Of a stretch of DNA of 64,000 nucleotides, positions 55,261 to 64,000 are shown one piece after another. Position numbers and translations under genes: made by a program. How positions within the stretch are numbered: the first letter of the stretch is position 1; each line of letters opens with the position of its first letter. The DNA is taken from positions 1 to 64,000 of IMG/VR virus record IMGVR_UViG_3300025009_000068; one strand, given 5' to 3'. The notes beneath the pieces are model-generated. The model was not told the DNA's origin and ran no database searches. It saw only the letters and a program-made list of their open reading frames with translations. The DNA is from a virus.

Positions 55261-56670
55261 CTATGCTCCCGCTGCCATCGCATCGACCGCCACTACATGC
55301 CGCTGCCATCGCTGGAGCTCCATAGCCAAAATAGCCTCGACCGCCGGGCCACGAACCGCCGCATGATCCTCTAAGCTTGGAAGAGGGAGGAGAACTGACT
55401 CGGGCTCGAAAGACCGCTCTTCGGAATCTGCCGTTGCCGCTTCTGCCTTTAATGCTTCCACCTTTATCGCCTCTTCCTTCATTCTCCTATCCATGTCCGC
55501 TAATCTCATTCCACCACTCAAGATCCCGCGCAAATCCAGCTCAGCATCCAGCGTCATCGAAGCGCGGTTGGAGGCCGAAAAAACCAAGGGAAGAATGGAG
55601 GCAACGTCAACAGTAACGCCGCCACGCTCCTCACTTCCCTCACCCTTCAAGGCCTCTCTCCACTCTTCGCTCTCCAACTCAACACTCGCATACATGGCCT
55701 CCGCTACTCTCCCGCGCAACACGTCAGGATCAATCCGCGCATGTCGGCAGCACCAGGCCAGTGTGAACGGGATTTGATCTTGCTGGATACCCTCTTCCAC
55801 TTCTTCGCCTGTTGCACCCCCAGCCCTGCCAATCCCACCGCCAGCCCTGCCGGTCCCGTGAAAAACCTCGAAGGGAGGAATCCCGGGGGCCCGGGGCGAA
55901 AACCACTCTTCCGATGGAAGCGCGATCCAATCGTCCCCGAACAAATCACCCGGCCGCCGCCCGGCAATCTCGGCCATGGCTACCTGCCGCGCCCGGAGAA
56001 ACGTGGTCCGAATCGCTGTCTGAATAATGCGCTGCGCCGTGAGCCTGAGAATCGTGGCGGGCTCCATGTCGAGAGCATCGCTGCAAAACAGGATGGAGAT
56101 TTTCGGGCCATAGTTACGCTGTAGGAACTGCCTTGAAAGAGGGGACGGTGTAGTATAGTGATCCGAGGATGGCATCCTGCGAACCGGAGGGACGTATGCT
56201 TCCGGGCCGCCTGGACAAGCTTCACGCTCAGCCTCGACGGCATTGCGCTCGGTCCATGTCCCCCACACAGCGCCATACTGCTTATTCTTCATCCTTTTCC
56301 AGCTCACCGCATGAGCTTGTGCTCGGCTATGGACCACGCCGACCAGCGTCTGCCATATCCCGCCGCCAAACCACTCGGCCCCGTCCTCGCCATCGAGGAA
56401 CCAGGCTCCAAGCTCGAGCCAAAGGTCCCGCTCCAAGGTCTCGTGGACTATTCCGCTCACCGGCCAGAGCGCCACGACCGTCGCATCCTCCACGGCTTGG
56501 GCGAGTACGGCAGCCGCCAGGGACCTCGTTGAGTCATAGATGAGCGAGCATGGCGACGCAAAGCCCATGATGTCTTCGTGGTAGTTTACAAAGCTGCCCG
56601 CGCTTCCCGCTCGCTTGGCTTGCGCCGATGATGCTGGCGACGCCGGTGACGCTGGACGATCTCCCCCCAT
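55261..56670 (-). CDS. Hypothetical protein, first gene of the late operon
   Basis: 469-aa ORF with GAGG RBS. Confidence 0.65.
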   Translation of the reverse strand: MGGDRPASPASPASSAQAKRAGSAGSFVNYHEDIMGFASPCSLIYDSTRSLAAAVLAQAVEDATVVALWPVSGIVHETLERDLWLELGAWFLDGEDGAEWFGGGIWQTLVGVVHSRAQAHAVSWKRMKNKQYGAVWGTWTERNAVEAEREACPGGPEAYVPPVRRMPSSDHYTTPSPLSRQFLQRNYGPKISILFCSDALDMEPATILRLTAQRIIQTAIRTTFLRARQVAMAEIAGRRPGDLFGDDWIALPSEEWFSPRAPGIPPFEVFHGTGRAGGGIGRAGGATGEEVEEGIQQDQIPFTLAWCCRHARIDPDVLRGRVAEAMYASVELESEEWREALKGEGSEERGGVTVDVASILPLVFSASNRASMTLDAELDLRGILSGGMRLADMDRRMKEEAIKVEALKAEAATADSEERSFEPESVLLPLPSLEDHAAVRGPAVEAILAMELQRWQRHVVAVDAMAAGA

Positions 56671-56869
56671 TTTCCTCTAAGCCCTCCTCCCCTTCAAGGC
56701 TTGCTGTGTCTGTATTTCTCACCGTTCTCGACCCATTCCCCGGCAAAATACTGTTCTTGGAGCATTATCATACAGGTGAGGATGACATACGGCCAGAAAA
56801 ACCTTGAAGGAATGAATTTGTGTTGGGATAGATGGGCATGTCAGGGCGGGGTGGTGCAGAATCGGTGCA

Positions 56870-56944
56870 GAAACGAAGAAAAGGCGGGGCGAGTGGCTCC
56901 GAACCGGTGGGTAAGGCCGATTTGTGAGCGGAGCACTCGCCCCT
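56870..56944 (-). terminator. Intrinsic terminator-like hairpin in the late leader
   Basis: GGGGCGAGT-GCTCCG...CGGAGC-ACTCGCCCC followed by CCTTTTCTTCGTTT. Confidence 0.6.
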
Positions 56945-57365
56945 GGAGGAAGAGGGGGTTGAAGGGTGAAGCCTTGAAACTTTCGTCGGGAACCATTCCG
57001 GTAAGCTCAGTAAGTCCTTGAAAGGAGGAGGGAAACAAGGGCTTACTCCTCTTCCCGGAAAAAGGACAGATCTCCCCATCGTAGCATGGGTGGGACCTCT
57101 CCTGCGGCGTCCCCGTGGCGGCCGTGGTCCGACCCCACGCGCGGACGATTGCACATTTGCCTCGAAGATGTCAAGTCCTTGTCAAGTCCTCGGAAATTCC
57201 CTCTCTTCAAGGTCATACCATTAAATGGTCATACCAACAAAAGGTCGGACAACCTTACCAATAAAAACTATGTTACTGGAATTGCTTGTGTTTTTTTCTA
57301 TTTTTTCCTTACCAATTTTATATTCCGTGAAATTATTGGGGAATTGTTTCCGCAAAAAATAATTC

Positions 57366-57394
57366 TTGACTTCCGAAAACGGAAGTATTAAGGT
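57366..57394 (+). promoter_or_regulatory. Sigma70 promoter with palindromic operator in the spacer
   Basis: TTGACT-17 nt-TAAGGT; ACTTCCG-AAAA-CGGAAGT at 57369-57386. Confidence 0.65.
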
Positions 57395-57514
57395 GTTTTT
57401 GACGGTTAATTTTCACGGAAAAAAAGAAAAAAGTTGAAAAAGATGTTTTTTTCTGTGTAAGTTTGGTGAAGGTTGGAAGGAATTACAAGTCGTTACTGTA
57501 AAGGAGAAACGGAC

Positions 57515-57733
57515 ATGCTGAAATGCGAGAACCCAAAAATGGAAAAGAAGACTCTGGCTGCGTTTCGTGCGTTGCACCCAGGCCGCAGCGTCAAGTGGAG
57601 TGCATGGTTTGAGCATGGACAACTTTGGATCTGCGGAACCAACGGCGCACAGTACAGCGTGGTGGATGCTGAAGGACCTGGAAGTGTGGATGGGTTTGAC
57701 TTTGAGCTTGTGACCGAGCCCGATGAAGATTAG
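57515..57733 (+). CDS. Small early hypothetical protein
   Basis: AAAGGAG RBS. Confidence 0.7.
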   Translation: MLKCENPKMEKKTLAAFRALHPGRSVKWSAWFEHGQLWICGTNGAQYSVVDAEGPGSVDGFDFELVTEPDED

Positions 57734-57818
57734 CCATGATTCCTTTTAGCGCGCCCGGCCCACCCGGAGCCGATGATCCGGGCATAACCAGCAACACCAA
57801 CAACCAAGAAATGGAGAA

Positions 57819-58151
57819 ATGACCATGACCGAGTACAGCAACCCCAGGATGAGCGCAACAATCGAGAATTGGCCGAGCGGATCAAGGAAAGTGACAGCGG
57901 TCTTCGCAATCGAAAAACACCCGAAGAAAGGCGAGCGAGCTACCCGGCAGACTACCGGGGCCGTCAAGAAGCTCACATATTCCACGAAGGCCCGCATCGT
58001 GGACGGCTCCGACGGGCGCACCTACATCGCCGCGCTTTCCTCCACTTACAGGATCATCACGATTATGAATGGAGACATGAAATACCATCACGAATCGTTC
58101 CACCATGACGACCCGAGATATCCTGATCTCCTCTTGGCATTGTTTTCCTGA
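57819..58151 (+). CDS. Small early hypothetical protein
   Basis: YSNPRMSATIENWPSG...IVDGSDGRTYI; RBS. Confidence 0.7.
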   Translation: MTMTEYSNPRMSATIENWPSGSRKVTAVFAIEKHPKKGERATRQTTGAVKKLTYSTKARIVDGSDGRTYIAALSSTYRIITIMNGDMKYHHESFHHDDPRYPDLLLALFS

Positions 58152-58254
58152 TTTCCCCCTACGCTCTCGACCTGGACACCGGGAGCGCGGGGAGAAGGCA
58201 GGGGAAGCAGTAACGATGACCAATCACACCACAAACGAAAGGGAGAGAGCCACA

Positions 58255-58431
58255 ATGACCACAAGCAAAGCCAAAAAACTTTACCGAAACTTGATAGAGA
58301 ACTGGAGCATGGCCATTGAGGATGGATTCCCGACTCTCGCAACTGATTATTCCGAGGAAGCCAAGAAGCTCAGGGCACGGTATCCTGAGTGTGATGAGCC
58401 CTACAACGAAGAGGAGGAGGTAAACCATTAG
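58255..58431 (+). CDS. Small hypothetical protein
   Basis: AAAGGGAG RBS. Confidence 0.55.
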   Translation: MTTSKAKKLYRNLIENWSMAIEDGFPTLATDYSEEAKKLRARYPECDEPYNEEEEVNH

Positions 58432-58433
58432 CC

Positions 58434-58658
58434 ATGCCACCCATAGAAGATGAATCCAGCCCCACCCAGTACACTCCACAATGGCGCTCGGCACCCTACG
58501 CCCTGCGCCTGATCGGCAGGCTCCACGATCTGAAGCGCAACGACCCGAAGCCGAGCGAGCCAACGCCTTCCCGTGAAGGGTCAATGCCTACTCTTGGGGC
58601 AGAAGCCTCGGCACCGACCCGAAAGCTGACCATCATTAGAAAAAAGAACAAACCATAG
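58434..58658 (+). CDS. Small hypothetical protein
   Basis: GGAGG RBS; in operon. Confidence 0.45.
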   Translation: MPPIEDESSPTQYTPQWRSAPYALRLIGRLHDLKRNDPKPSEPTPSREGSMPTLGAEASAPTRKLTIIRKKNKP

Positions 58659-58673
58659 AAAAGGAGATCCATT

Positions 58674-59093
58674 ATGGCTCACTACAAAAGAAATAAAAAA
58701 CTCGTTACCCGTCACCTCATGGCAGAGCGGGCGCTCGGTTCAGAAATCGAAAGTTCTGGTATCGTCACGGCATTTGACGACACCGATTTTGAGGCCGGAA
58801 AATGTTGTAATGGGGGCCATTACAGATTCTGGATAGAGTATCAATTTATTGGCAATTCCACATGGAAGCTGGTTTTCGGAAACAGTTCCGATTTTGAAAG
58901 TTGTTCGAATTGTGGTGATTTTGCTCGCGACCGCCATGAAGGGCTGACAGAAGATGGCGACGGATGGGAAAGTTACTGCCCAGTCAAGACAATCTCCACC
59001 ATGGAACTTGTTCACGAACTGAAGAGAATAGACTCCTCCACTCGTGCATGCAACTACTACCCTGAAGAAAAAGCCGAATACTGGAGACTCTAA
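58674..59093 (+). CDS. Hypothetical protein with Cys motifs
   Basis: AAAGGAG RBS; CC and CxxC. Confidence 0.65.
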   Translation: MAHYKRNKKLVTRHLMAERALGSEIESSGIVTAFDDTDFEAGKCCNGGHYRFWIEYQFIGNSTWKLVFGNSSDFESCSNCGDFARDRHEGLTEDGDGWESYCPVKTISTMELVHELKRIDSSTRACNYYPEEKAEYWRL

Positions 59094-59135
59094 GCGATTA
59101 CTAAATGCACTAAAAGAGGAAGGACAAAAAACAAC

Positions 59136-59342
59136 ATGGACTTGAATGACGACATCGCTTATTGGGAACAGATTAGGATGAGGTGGGAAGCCGAATTGAG
59201 GGACTACCCGGAGACGACACTCCTAACGAAAAAGAAAATAAATGGGTTGACTCGCAGGATAAACCGGATGATGTCATTGCGTGAGGAGGTGGACGCACTC
59301 AGAAAAGACACAAAAAAATTCATCGATGAGTTTTTCTCCTGA
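59136..59342 (+). CDS. Small coiled-coil protein
   Basis: AAGGA RBS. Confidence 0.6.
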   Translation: MDLNDDIAYWEQIRMRWEAELRDYPETTLLTKKKINGLTRRINRMMSLREEVDALRKDTKKFIDEFFS

Positions 59343-59425
59343 TTAAGGCCGAGCCCCCAACCTTCGTGGGCGGGGCTGAGCGCAAACGAACAATAATAAT
59401 ACGGAGGAAGAAAGGATAATCAACC

Positions 59426-59743
59426 ATGCCACTCTACAACGCAAAAGGCGAACAAATCCTCTCCCCGGCCGCCGCCGCCCGAGCAACCGGAATGACCGAC
59501 CGATGGATCCGGATGATGATGACCGAGGAGAAGGTCAGGTCCTCCCTGGAAGGGGGGAGGCGATTCGTGGTGGTGAGCAGCTTGCGGGAGCGGCTGCTTG
59601 AAATGCGAGGGAAGCGGGAAGAAATTGTCGCGAAGAATGGAGGGTACGGAGAAGAAGGGAGAAAGGCGTTGAGGAGGAGGAGGGAAGACAGGTACTGGGA
59701 AGGGAAAATGAAGAAGTTTTTGGAGAATGAGATTGTTGACTGA
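59426..59743 (+). CDS. Excisionase/MerR-like HTH DNA-binding protein
   Basis: LSPAAAARATGMTDRWIRMM...GGRRFV. Confidence 0.7.
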   Translation: MPLYNAKGEQILSPAAAARATGMTDRWIRMMMTEEKVRSSLEGGRRFVVVSSLRERLLEMRGKREEIVAKNGGYGEEGRKALRRRREDRYWEGKMKKFLENEIVD

Positions 59744-59771
59744 GCACATTACCTTGAAAAGGAGAAATGCC

Positions 59772-60266
59772 ATGACGACCACTACCATGACGACCATTGC
59801 CGAGAAACATAGCACTCAACTCTCCACGCAGATTGCAACCCAGCCAGCTACGCAGCCAGAAATTCCCCCCTTCTCGGCCCCGCTCCACCTGCCCCTTGCG
59901 AACGCCTATTGGCATCAGGGCGTGAGGTCCTGGACGCGATGTCGTCACCTTGCCGTTGAGCACATGATGCCCATACTCGCCGCGAGGGGAAAGAGGAATG
60001 AGGATTCATCCGTTTCCTCTGCCTCCTTCGCTCTTGGCGCCATTCCCCACTTCTCCCCGGAGTACCCGGCCTTCCTGCGACGCGAAATCTTCCGTAAGGA
60101 CCACGCCGCAGACCCCGGCAACAACCCTTTCCCGGTTGACGGAGGAGACCTGGCATGCATTTTCGAGGATGTAACTTACGTTGCAATCCGGCCTGAGTGG
60201 GATCGGGTGACCATCATGGGTGGAATGGGGAGGGGCGGAGTTAAGAGCGAGAGCGCGCGGAGGTGA
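59772..60266 (+). CDS. Hypothetical protein
   Basis: AAAAGGAG RBS. Confidence 0.6.
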   Translation: MTTTTMTTIAEKHSTQLSTQIATQPATQPEIPPFSAPLHLPLANAYWHQGVRSWTRCRHLAVEHMMPILAARGKRNEDSSVSSASFALGAIPHFSPEYPAFLRREIFRKDHAADPGNNPFPVDGGDLACIFEDVTYVAIRPEWDRVTIMGGMGRGGVKSESARR

Positions 60267-60342
60267 GAGAGCGAGGATAAAACGTCGAAAGCAGACAAAA
60301 GCCTTAAGGGAAAGGGGCCTTACTTTCTTGACCTCCTCACCT

Positions 60343-60819
60343 TCAAGGCTTTTTCTTTTTATTTTCCCCGTCATGTCTCTCGCCCTCCCGCGCCATATAC
60401 TCCTCGATCCAAGTTTCAATATCCTCATCCCTAACCGCCCACCACCCTTTCCCGGGAAGCTGCTTCGCCGGCAGCCCGGCCTGGGCCACGAGCTTTTTTA
60501 CGGTCTCGGGACAAAACGGCCTCGAAGGAGAGAGCCTGCGCCCAATGGAGCGGAGCGTGCGGTGCGTGTGGTCCGGCACAGGAGGGAGCGATGCGATGTT
60601 TGGCCGCGGGATCTCATGGCGGAGAGCGTCCGTGATCTCCGAATGGCAGGCCGAGGCGGTGAATTTCAGGAGGCGGGATACTGTTTTTTCTATTGAGGAT
60701 GGCGGGGAGGGTTGCACTGCGGGTGGTTGTGTGAGTGGTTTCGCTGCTGGTTTCGCCGCCGCCGCTTCCCCTCGAAGGGTGGTGATTGGCTTTCCTTGAG
60801 GTGATGGTCTTCGCGCCAT
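60343..60819 (-). CDS. Excisionase-like HTH DNA-binding protein
   Basis: LRSIG...CPETVKKLV..GLPAKQLPGKGWW...IETWIE. Confidence 0.6.
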   Translation of the reverse strand: MARRPSPQGKPITTLRGEAAAAKPAAKPLTQPPAVQPSPPSSIEKTVSRLLKFTASACHSEITDALRHEIPRPNIASLPPVPDHTHRTLRSIGRRLSPSRPFCPETVKKLVAQAGLPAKQLPGKGWWAVRDEDIETWIEEYMAREGERHDGENKKKKP

Positions 60820-60822
60820 GGC

Positions 60823-61062
60823 TTATCCTTTCTTCTGCTCTTTGAGAAGCTTGGCCAACACCACGCATGCGGCCACCGTACTATGATAGCTCCCACGATT
60901 TCGATATTCCTCTCTGGCCACCCGCTGCAAACCCAGAAGATCCTCCCTCCCCTTCCCGGCATAAAGCTCATGTGCTTTTCTGAGCGCCATCGCAAAATTG
61001 AAATCGTGGATGCTGTTTTCTGCGTCTGAGGCCTCGACGCGAATCAGTGCTTCAATGTCCAT
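60823..61062 (-). CDS. Hypothetical protein
   Basis: Tight operon spacing with RBS. Confidence 0.6.
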   Translation of the reverse strand: MDIEALIRVEASDAENSIHDFNFAMALRKAHELYAGKGREDLLGLQRVAREEYRNRGSYHSTVAACVVLAKLLKEQKKG

Positions 61063-61065
61063 GGC

Positions 61066-61758
61066 TTATCCCTCCCTATCCTTGATTTCCTCTCTCTTCA
61101 AGGCCTTCATCTCCCGCTCCCGCTTCCTCCACTCGACATTGAGCGCGGTCCATGCCAGGTCGAGCCGGGCCTGTATTCCACTTGAAGATGGAGAGCGGGA
61201 CCCGCCACCTACGTCTTCGCTTTCTTTCCTTCCACCGTTCCCACCCCCATCTTCTCCCCCTTCCAAGCCATCCTTGTCCTTCCCTCCTCCCCCGCAAATC
61301 TCCCCGAAAAACCTCCGCCTCTCCCCGTCCCCCGAGAATATCATGAGCTGCTCGACAATTTCAAATCCGTCGAAATGGTCAACCAGGATCAGCACCTGGT
61401 GCCGGGTATCGAGCGCGCGGAAAGCAAATCCGAACTCCTCGACAATGCGGTGCTCCTTCTTTGCCGTCGAGGGAATGTAACAGGGCCCCTCGGATACGAC
61501 GTGGACGCCTCCCGTGTGAACATCATAGCGCAGGCACTGCATGGACGGCGGAAGGGAAAAGGCCCGCCCGGCGATGCGGATGGACTCGTACTCGGCCCAG
61601 CGGGAAACTAGAGAGCCGAGATAGACTAGGCGGTCAGGGGAGACTGCATCGCTGGCGCTGGAGACTTGGCGGTCGTTGTCGCTGCTTCCGCTATTTTGGC
61701 CCAAGGCCGATTCCCCCTTCCCGGCATTCACCTCTCTTGTGACCATCCAAAACCCCAT
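61066..61758 (-). CDS. Hypothetical protein
   Basis: 230-aa ORF in operon. Confidence 0.55.
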   Translation of the reverse strand: MGFWMVTREVNAGKGESALGQNSGSSDNDRQVSSASDAVSPDRLVYLGSLVSRWAEYESIRIAGRAFSLPPSMQCLRYDVHTGGVHVVSEGPCYIPSTAKKEHRIVEEFGFAFRALDTRHQVLILVDHFDGFEIVEQLMIFSGDGERRRFFGEICGGGGKDKDGLEGGEDGGGNGGRKESEDVGGGSRSPSSSGIQARLDLAWTALNVEWRKREREMKALKREEIKDREG

Positions 61759-62071
61759 AAAAAACCATTTTCCACCCGGCCTCGATCCATTGCGCCCGCT
61801 GGTAACCGTCCATGGCTATCTCCAGATCGTGGATCTTCCTCATCTGCCGAATGCGCCGGTCTATCTCTTCCTGGCGCTCGGTGCTGGTGTCTGAATCCGG
61901 GTGGGCAACGTCATAACACCACGAACACAGGCCCGGCGTGGGTTGCTCGCGCTCCGTGTTGTTGCAGCGGCGACAGGGAAGGGTGATGGTTGTCTTTGCT
62001 TGATTTGATTGCAATTTTTCAACCGCAATCTCCGAGGTAGTCTCTGGGGTGGCCTCTAAAACAGTGTCCAT
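61691..62071 (-). CDS. Zn-finger-like hypothetical protein
   Basis: CRRC...CSWC. Confidence 0.55.
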   Translation of the reverse strand: MDTVLEATPETTSEIAVEKLQSNQAKTTITLPCRRCNNTEREQPTPGLCSWCYDVAHPDSDTSTERQEEIDRRIRQMRKIHDLEIAMDGYQRAQWIEAGWKMVFYGVLDGHKRGECREGGIGLGPK

Positions 62072-62443
62072 CTATGCCTCCATCATCGACAAAAAGTCCA
62101 CGCGATGCAAAACCATGGTCCTGCACTCCCAACACCGATCCATGAGCGCAAGCCTGGCGGCCTCCGGGTCTGCCTTCCACTCGCGCTCCTCGTCGGTCAA
62201 ATAGCTAAAATCCGGCTGCTCAATCGGAGAGTTGTGGTTCCCTCCCCTTCGCAGCATTTCCGCCACGAGCTCGTCATGCCTCGCTTTGTAGTTGGCTGGC
62301 TCGAAACAGTTGTTGGTGAGGTATTTTCCGGGGCGCATCTTCTTGATGGTCCACTTCTTCTCGTGCTTATGGTGCTCGAAATGCGCGCCGTTGAGATGCT
62401 GTTGGCAGAGGTATCTTGGATCGATTGTTGGCCTTGCGTTCAT
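62072..62443 (-). CDS. Pyrimidine-dimer DNA glycosylase (T4 endonuclease V/DenV) family protein
   Basis: LCQQHLNGAHFEHH...RHDELVAEMLRRGGNHNSP. Confidence 0.7.
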   Translation of the reverse strand: MNARPTIDPRYLCQQHLNGAHFEHHKHEKKWTIKKMRPGKYLTNNCFEPANYKARHDELVAEMLRRGGNHNSPIEQPDFSYLTDEEREWKADPEAARLALMDRCWECRTMVLHRVDFLSMMEA

Positions 62444-62472
62444 GGTTTTCTATCCCTCCTTCTCGCCATCCC

Positions 62473-63018
62473 TCACCCCTCCCTAACCACAACAACGCAC
62501 CGGCTCTTCCCCTCCCCGACCCGCACCGACTCCATGACCACGCGCCGAACGAACCGCGGCGAATCCCCGGCCAAGATTTTCACGGTGACAAGCCCGTCAA
62601 TGATCATTTTCAGCGTTGCCGACAAATTGTCCGCGTCGTACATTCTGGCACCCTTGGCAAAGCAGCCGAAGCATTCTACTGTGACCGGATATCGCCCACC
62701 CCACCGAGCAAGCCTTTGCTTCCTGGCCTCGCGCGCTATGAGGTGCTGCCATTTGATTTTAAGCTTGATCCTATCTTTTGTGGTGAGCTTTCCGTGGAAT
62801 TCGTTGGTTGACGGGGCTATGGCCGGGACATGGAAGTGGAAGAAGAAGGGGGAGACTGGTTGAGGGGCGAGTTGAGAATGATGGGATGAAGCAGGTTGAG
62901 AAGGCGGAGTAGGGACATGGATGTATGGAGTAATCAGCGATTCCGATAGGGTGGTGATGGTGGAAGATATGGTAGCAGGCGATTTGATCACGGCGTTTTC
63001 TCCCTTTAAGGATTGCAC
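62473..63018 (-). CDS. RusA-like Holliday junction resolvase
   Basis: PSTNE...DADNL...KMIIDGLV...ILAGDSPRFV. Confidence 0.72.
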   Translation of the reverse strand: MQSLKGENAVIKSPATISSTITTLSESLITPYIHVPTPPSQPASSHHSQLAPQPVSPFFFHFHVPAIAPSTNEFHGKLTTKDRIKLKIKWQHLIAREARKQRLARWGGRYPVTVECFGCFAKGARMYDADNLSATLKMIIDGLVTVKILAGDSPRFVRRVVMESVRVGEGKSRCVVVVREG

Positions 63019-63041
63019 TTCTGCTCGCTCCTACTCAGGCA

Positions 63042-63314
63042 CTACTCAACGAACTTCGGATCTGTCTCCTTCAAGGCATATCCAGATGAAATATACGTGC
63101 ATTCCACCCACTCAATCTCTTTTTCCTTCAACATTTCGTCAAGCAGTTTTACGGCGTCTTCAGACTCCATGCCATGACGTTTGTGGAGTTGATATTGAAG
63201 CTCGTCCAGCGGGGCCGGGGCCATGTAAGCCGCCGTGTGCCACCAGATGTAATGCAGCGCCGTTTCTTTTGGCGTTCTTTGAACGTCCTTCTTTGTCGAT
63301 TTCGATCCAGTCAA
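63042..63314 (-). CDS. Small winged-helix-like hypothetical protein
   Basis: Overlaps the upstream gene's stop. Confidence 0.5.
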   Translation of the reverse strand: MTGSKSTKKDVQRTPKETALHYIWWHTAAYMAPAPLDELQYQLHKRHGMESEDAVKLLDEMLKEKEIEWVECTYISSGYALKETDPKFVE

Positions 63315-63790
63315 GGTTCCCCCTCCCTTCCAAGCAATCCCTCAATCCAAGCCTTCACCTCTTCCAAGCTTCTCGCCACCTTAACATGATGGCCGAGCGC
63401 ACTCAAATGCTGAATCGTTTCCTTTTGCTCCTTCGTCGGGTACTCATTTTTCTTTTTTAACTCGAGCCAGGCGGTGACGGCTCTTGGAAGCGCGACAACC
63501 AAGTCAAGGAAGCCAGGGACGTTTGCTCGCTTCGATCTATCATGGTGGTAGTACCAGTGCCGCTCATCAAGCCAATCCTCCACCTCTTTTTGGAGATCCG
63601 ATTCCTTGCCCTCTGTTGCCTCGAAGAGAGGGGGCTCTTTGATGTCGTTTTTGGCCTCTTCAGCGCATTCATGCTTCTTCCCACCCATTCCCCTGCACCG
63701 AGGGCAGATCGACTGAGATGCAGCATAATTCGCACCGCAGCGTTGGCAGGAAATGACAGTGAGGTCCGCGAGGAAGGATGGGGGCGTCAT
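63311..63790 (-). CDS. VRR-NUC domain nuclease with N-terminal Zn ribbon
   Basis: ESDLQ...PGFLDL...WLELK...TKEQ; CQRC..CPRC. Confidence 0.8.
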   Translation of the reverse strand: MTPPSFLADLTVISCQRCGANYAASQSICPRCRGMGGKKHECAEEAKNDIKEPPLFEATEGKESDLQKEVEDWLDERHWYYHHDRSKRANVPGFLDLVVALPRAVTAWLELKKKNEYPTKEQKETIQHLSALGHHVKVARSLEEVKAWIEGLLGREGEP

Positions 63791-64000
63791 GGCTTCGTGC
63801 TCTCCCACTCTTCAAGGGCGTCAAACTCATCCCGCCTCATCGCCTTCCTTGTGATCTTGAGCGCGGGCTCGTGGTCATTATTGCCGCCCACCGCACCTCC
63901 ACCGCTGCCGGCCCCTCCCGCCCCGCCGCCGGCCCGCAAAAACTTATCCACCATGCCCCGGACCTCCTCGACGTCGTCACATAGTACACTCACCCGCTTG
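63787..64000 (-). CDS. 3' part of a CDS entering from the right edge
   Basis: Open frame to base 64000; ATGA overlap with the VRR-NUC gene. Confidence 0.6.
   Translation of the reverse strand, partial: KRVSVLCDDVEEVRGMVDKFLRAGGGAGGAGSGGGAVGGNNDHEPALKITRKAMRRDEFDALEEWESTKP

Noticed and set aside
56975-57015. Hammerhead ribozyme (CTGA...GAAA on the - strand)
   Set aside because: Core lacks CUGANGA and the stems do not fit

Overview
This window is a tailed-phage genome, podovirus-like, at or near full length. No host genes, integrase, DNA polymerase or primase are recognisable. A type I-C CRISPR-like repeat and a Ros/MucR-like ORF weakly suggest a deltaproteobacterial-type host (inference). 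Layout: divergent control region at ~640-760; a + strand early block (765-6100); a long - strand late operon (56670 to 6128) with lysis genes, TerS-like gene, SleB-type hydrolase, TerL, portal, accessory virion proteins, Q-rich scaffold, capsid, adaptors, tail spikes, nozzle, ejection proteins and a 4576-aa DarB-like polyvalent protein; a second control region at ~56.7-57.5 kb; small + strand ORFs (57.5-60.3 kb); and a - strand block with DenV-, RusA- and VRR-NUC-like genes. Main observations beyond the ORF track: (1) a ~300-nt tRNA-shaped RNA (615 to 319, - strand) whose anticodon arm is replaced by a long helix and a multibranch domain; (2) at least six tail-spike or accessory virion proteins with Sec-type signal peptides; (3) two out-of-frame genes with their own RBS nested in the giant gene; (4) 25 hand-counted copies of the palindrome CCTT(C/G)AAGG; (5) a solitary type I-C CRISPR repeat; (6) a scaffold-gene leader with four copies of one internal-loop motif; (7) a solitary attC site. 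Family assignments come from motif recognition by eye, not database searches.
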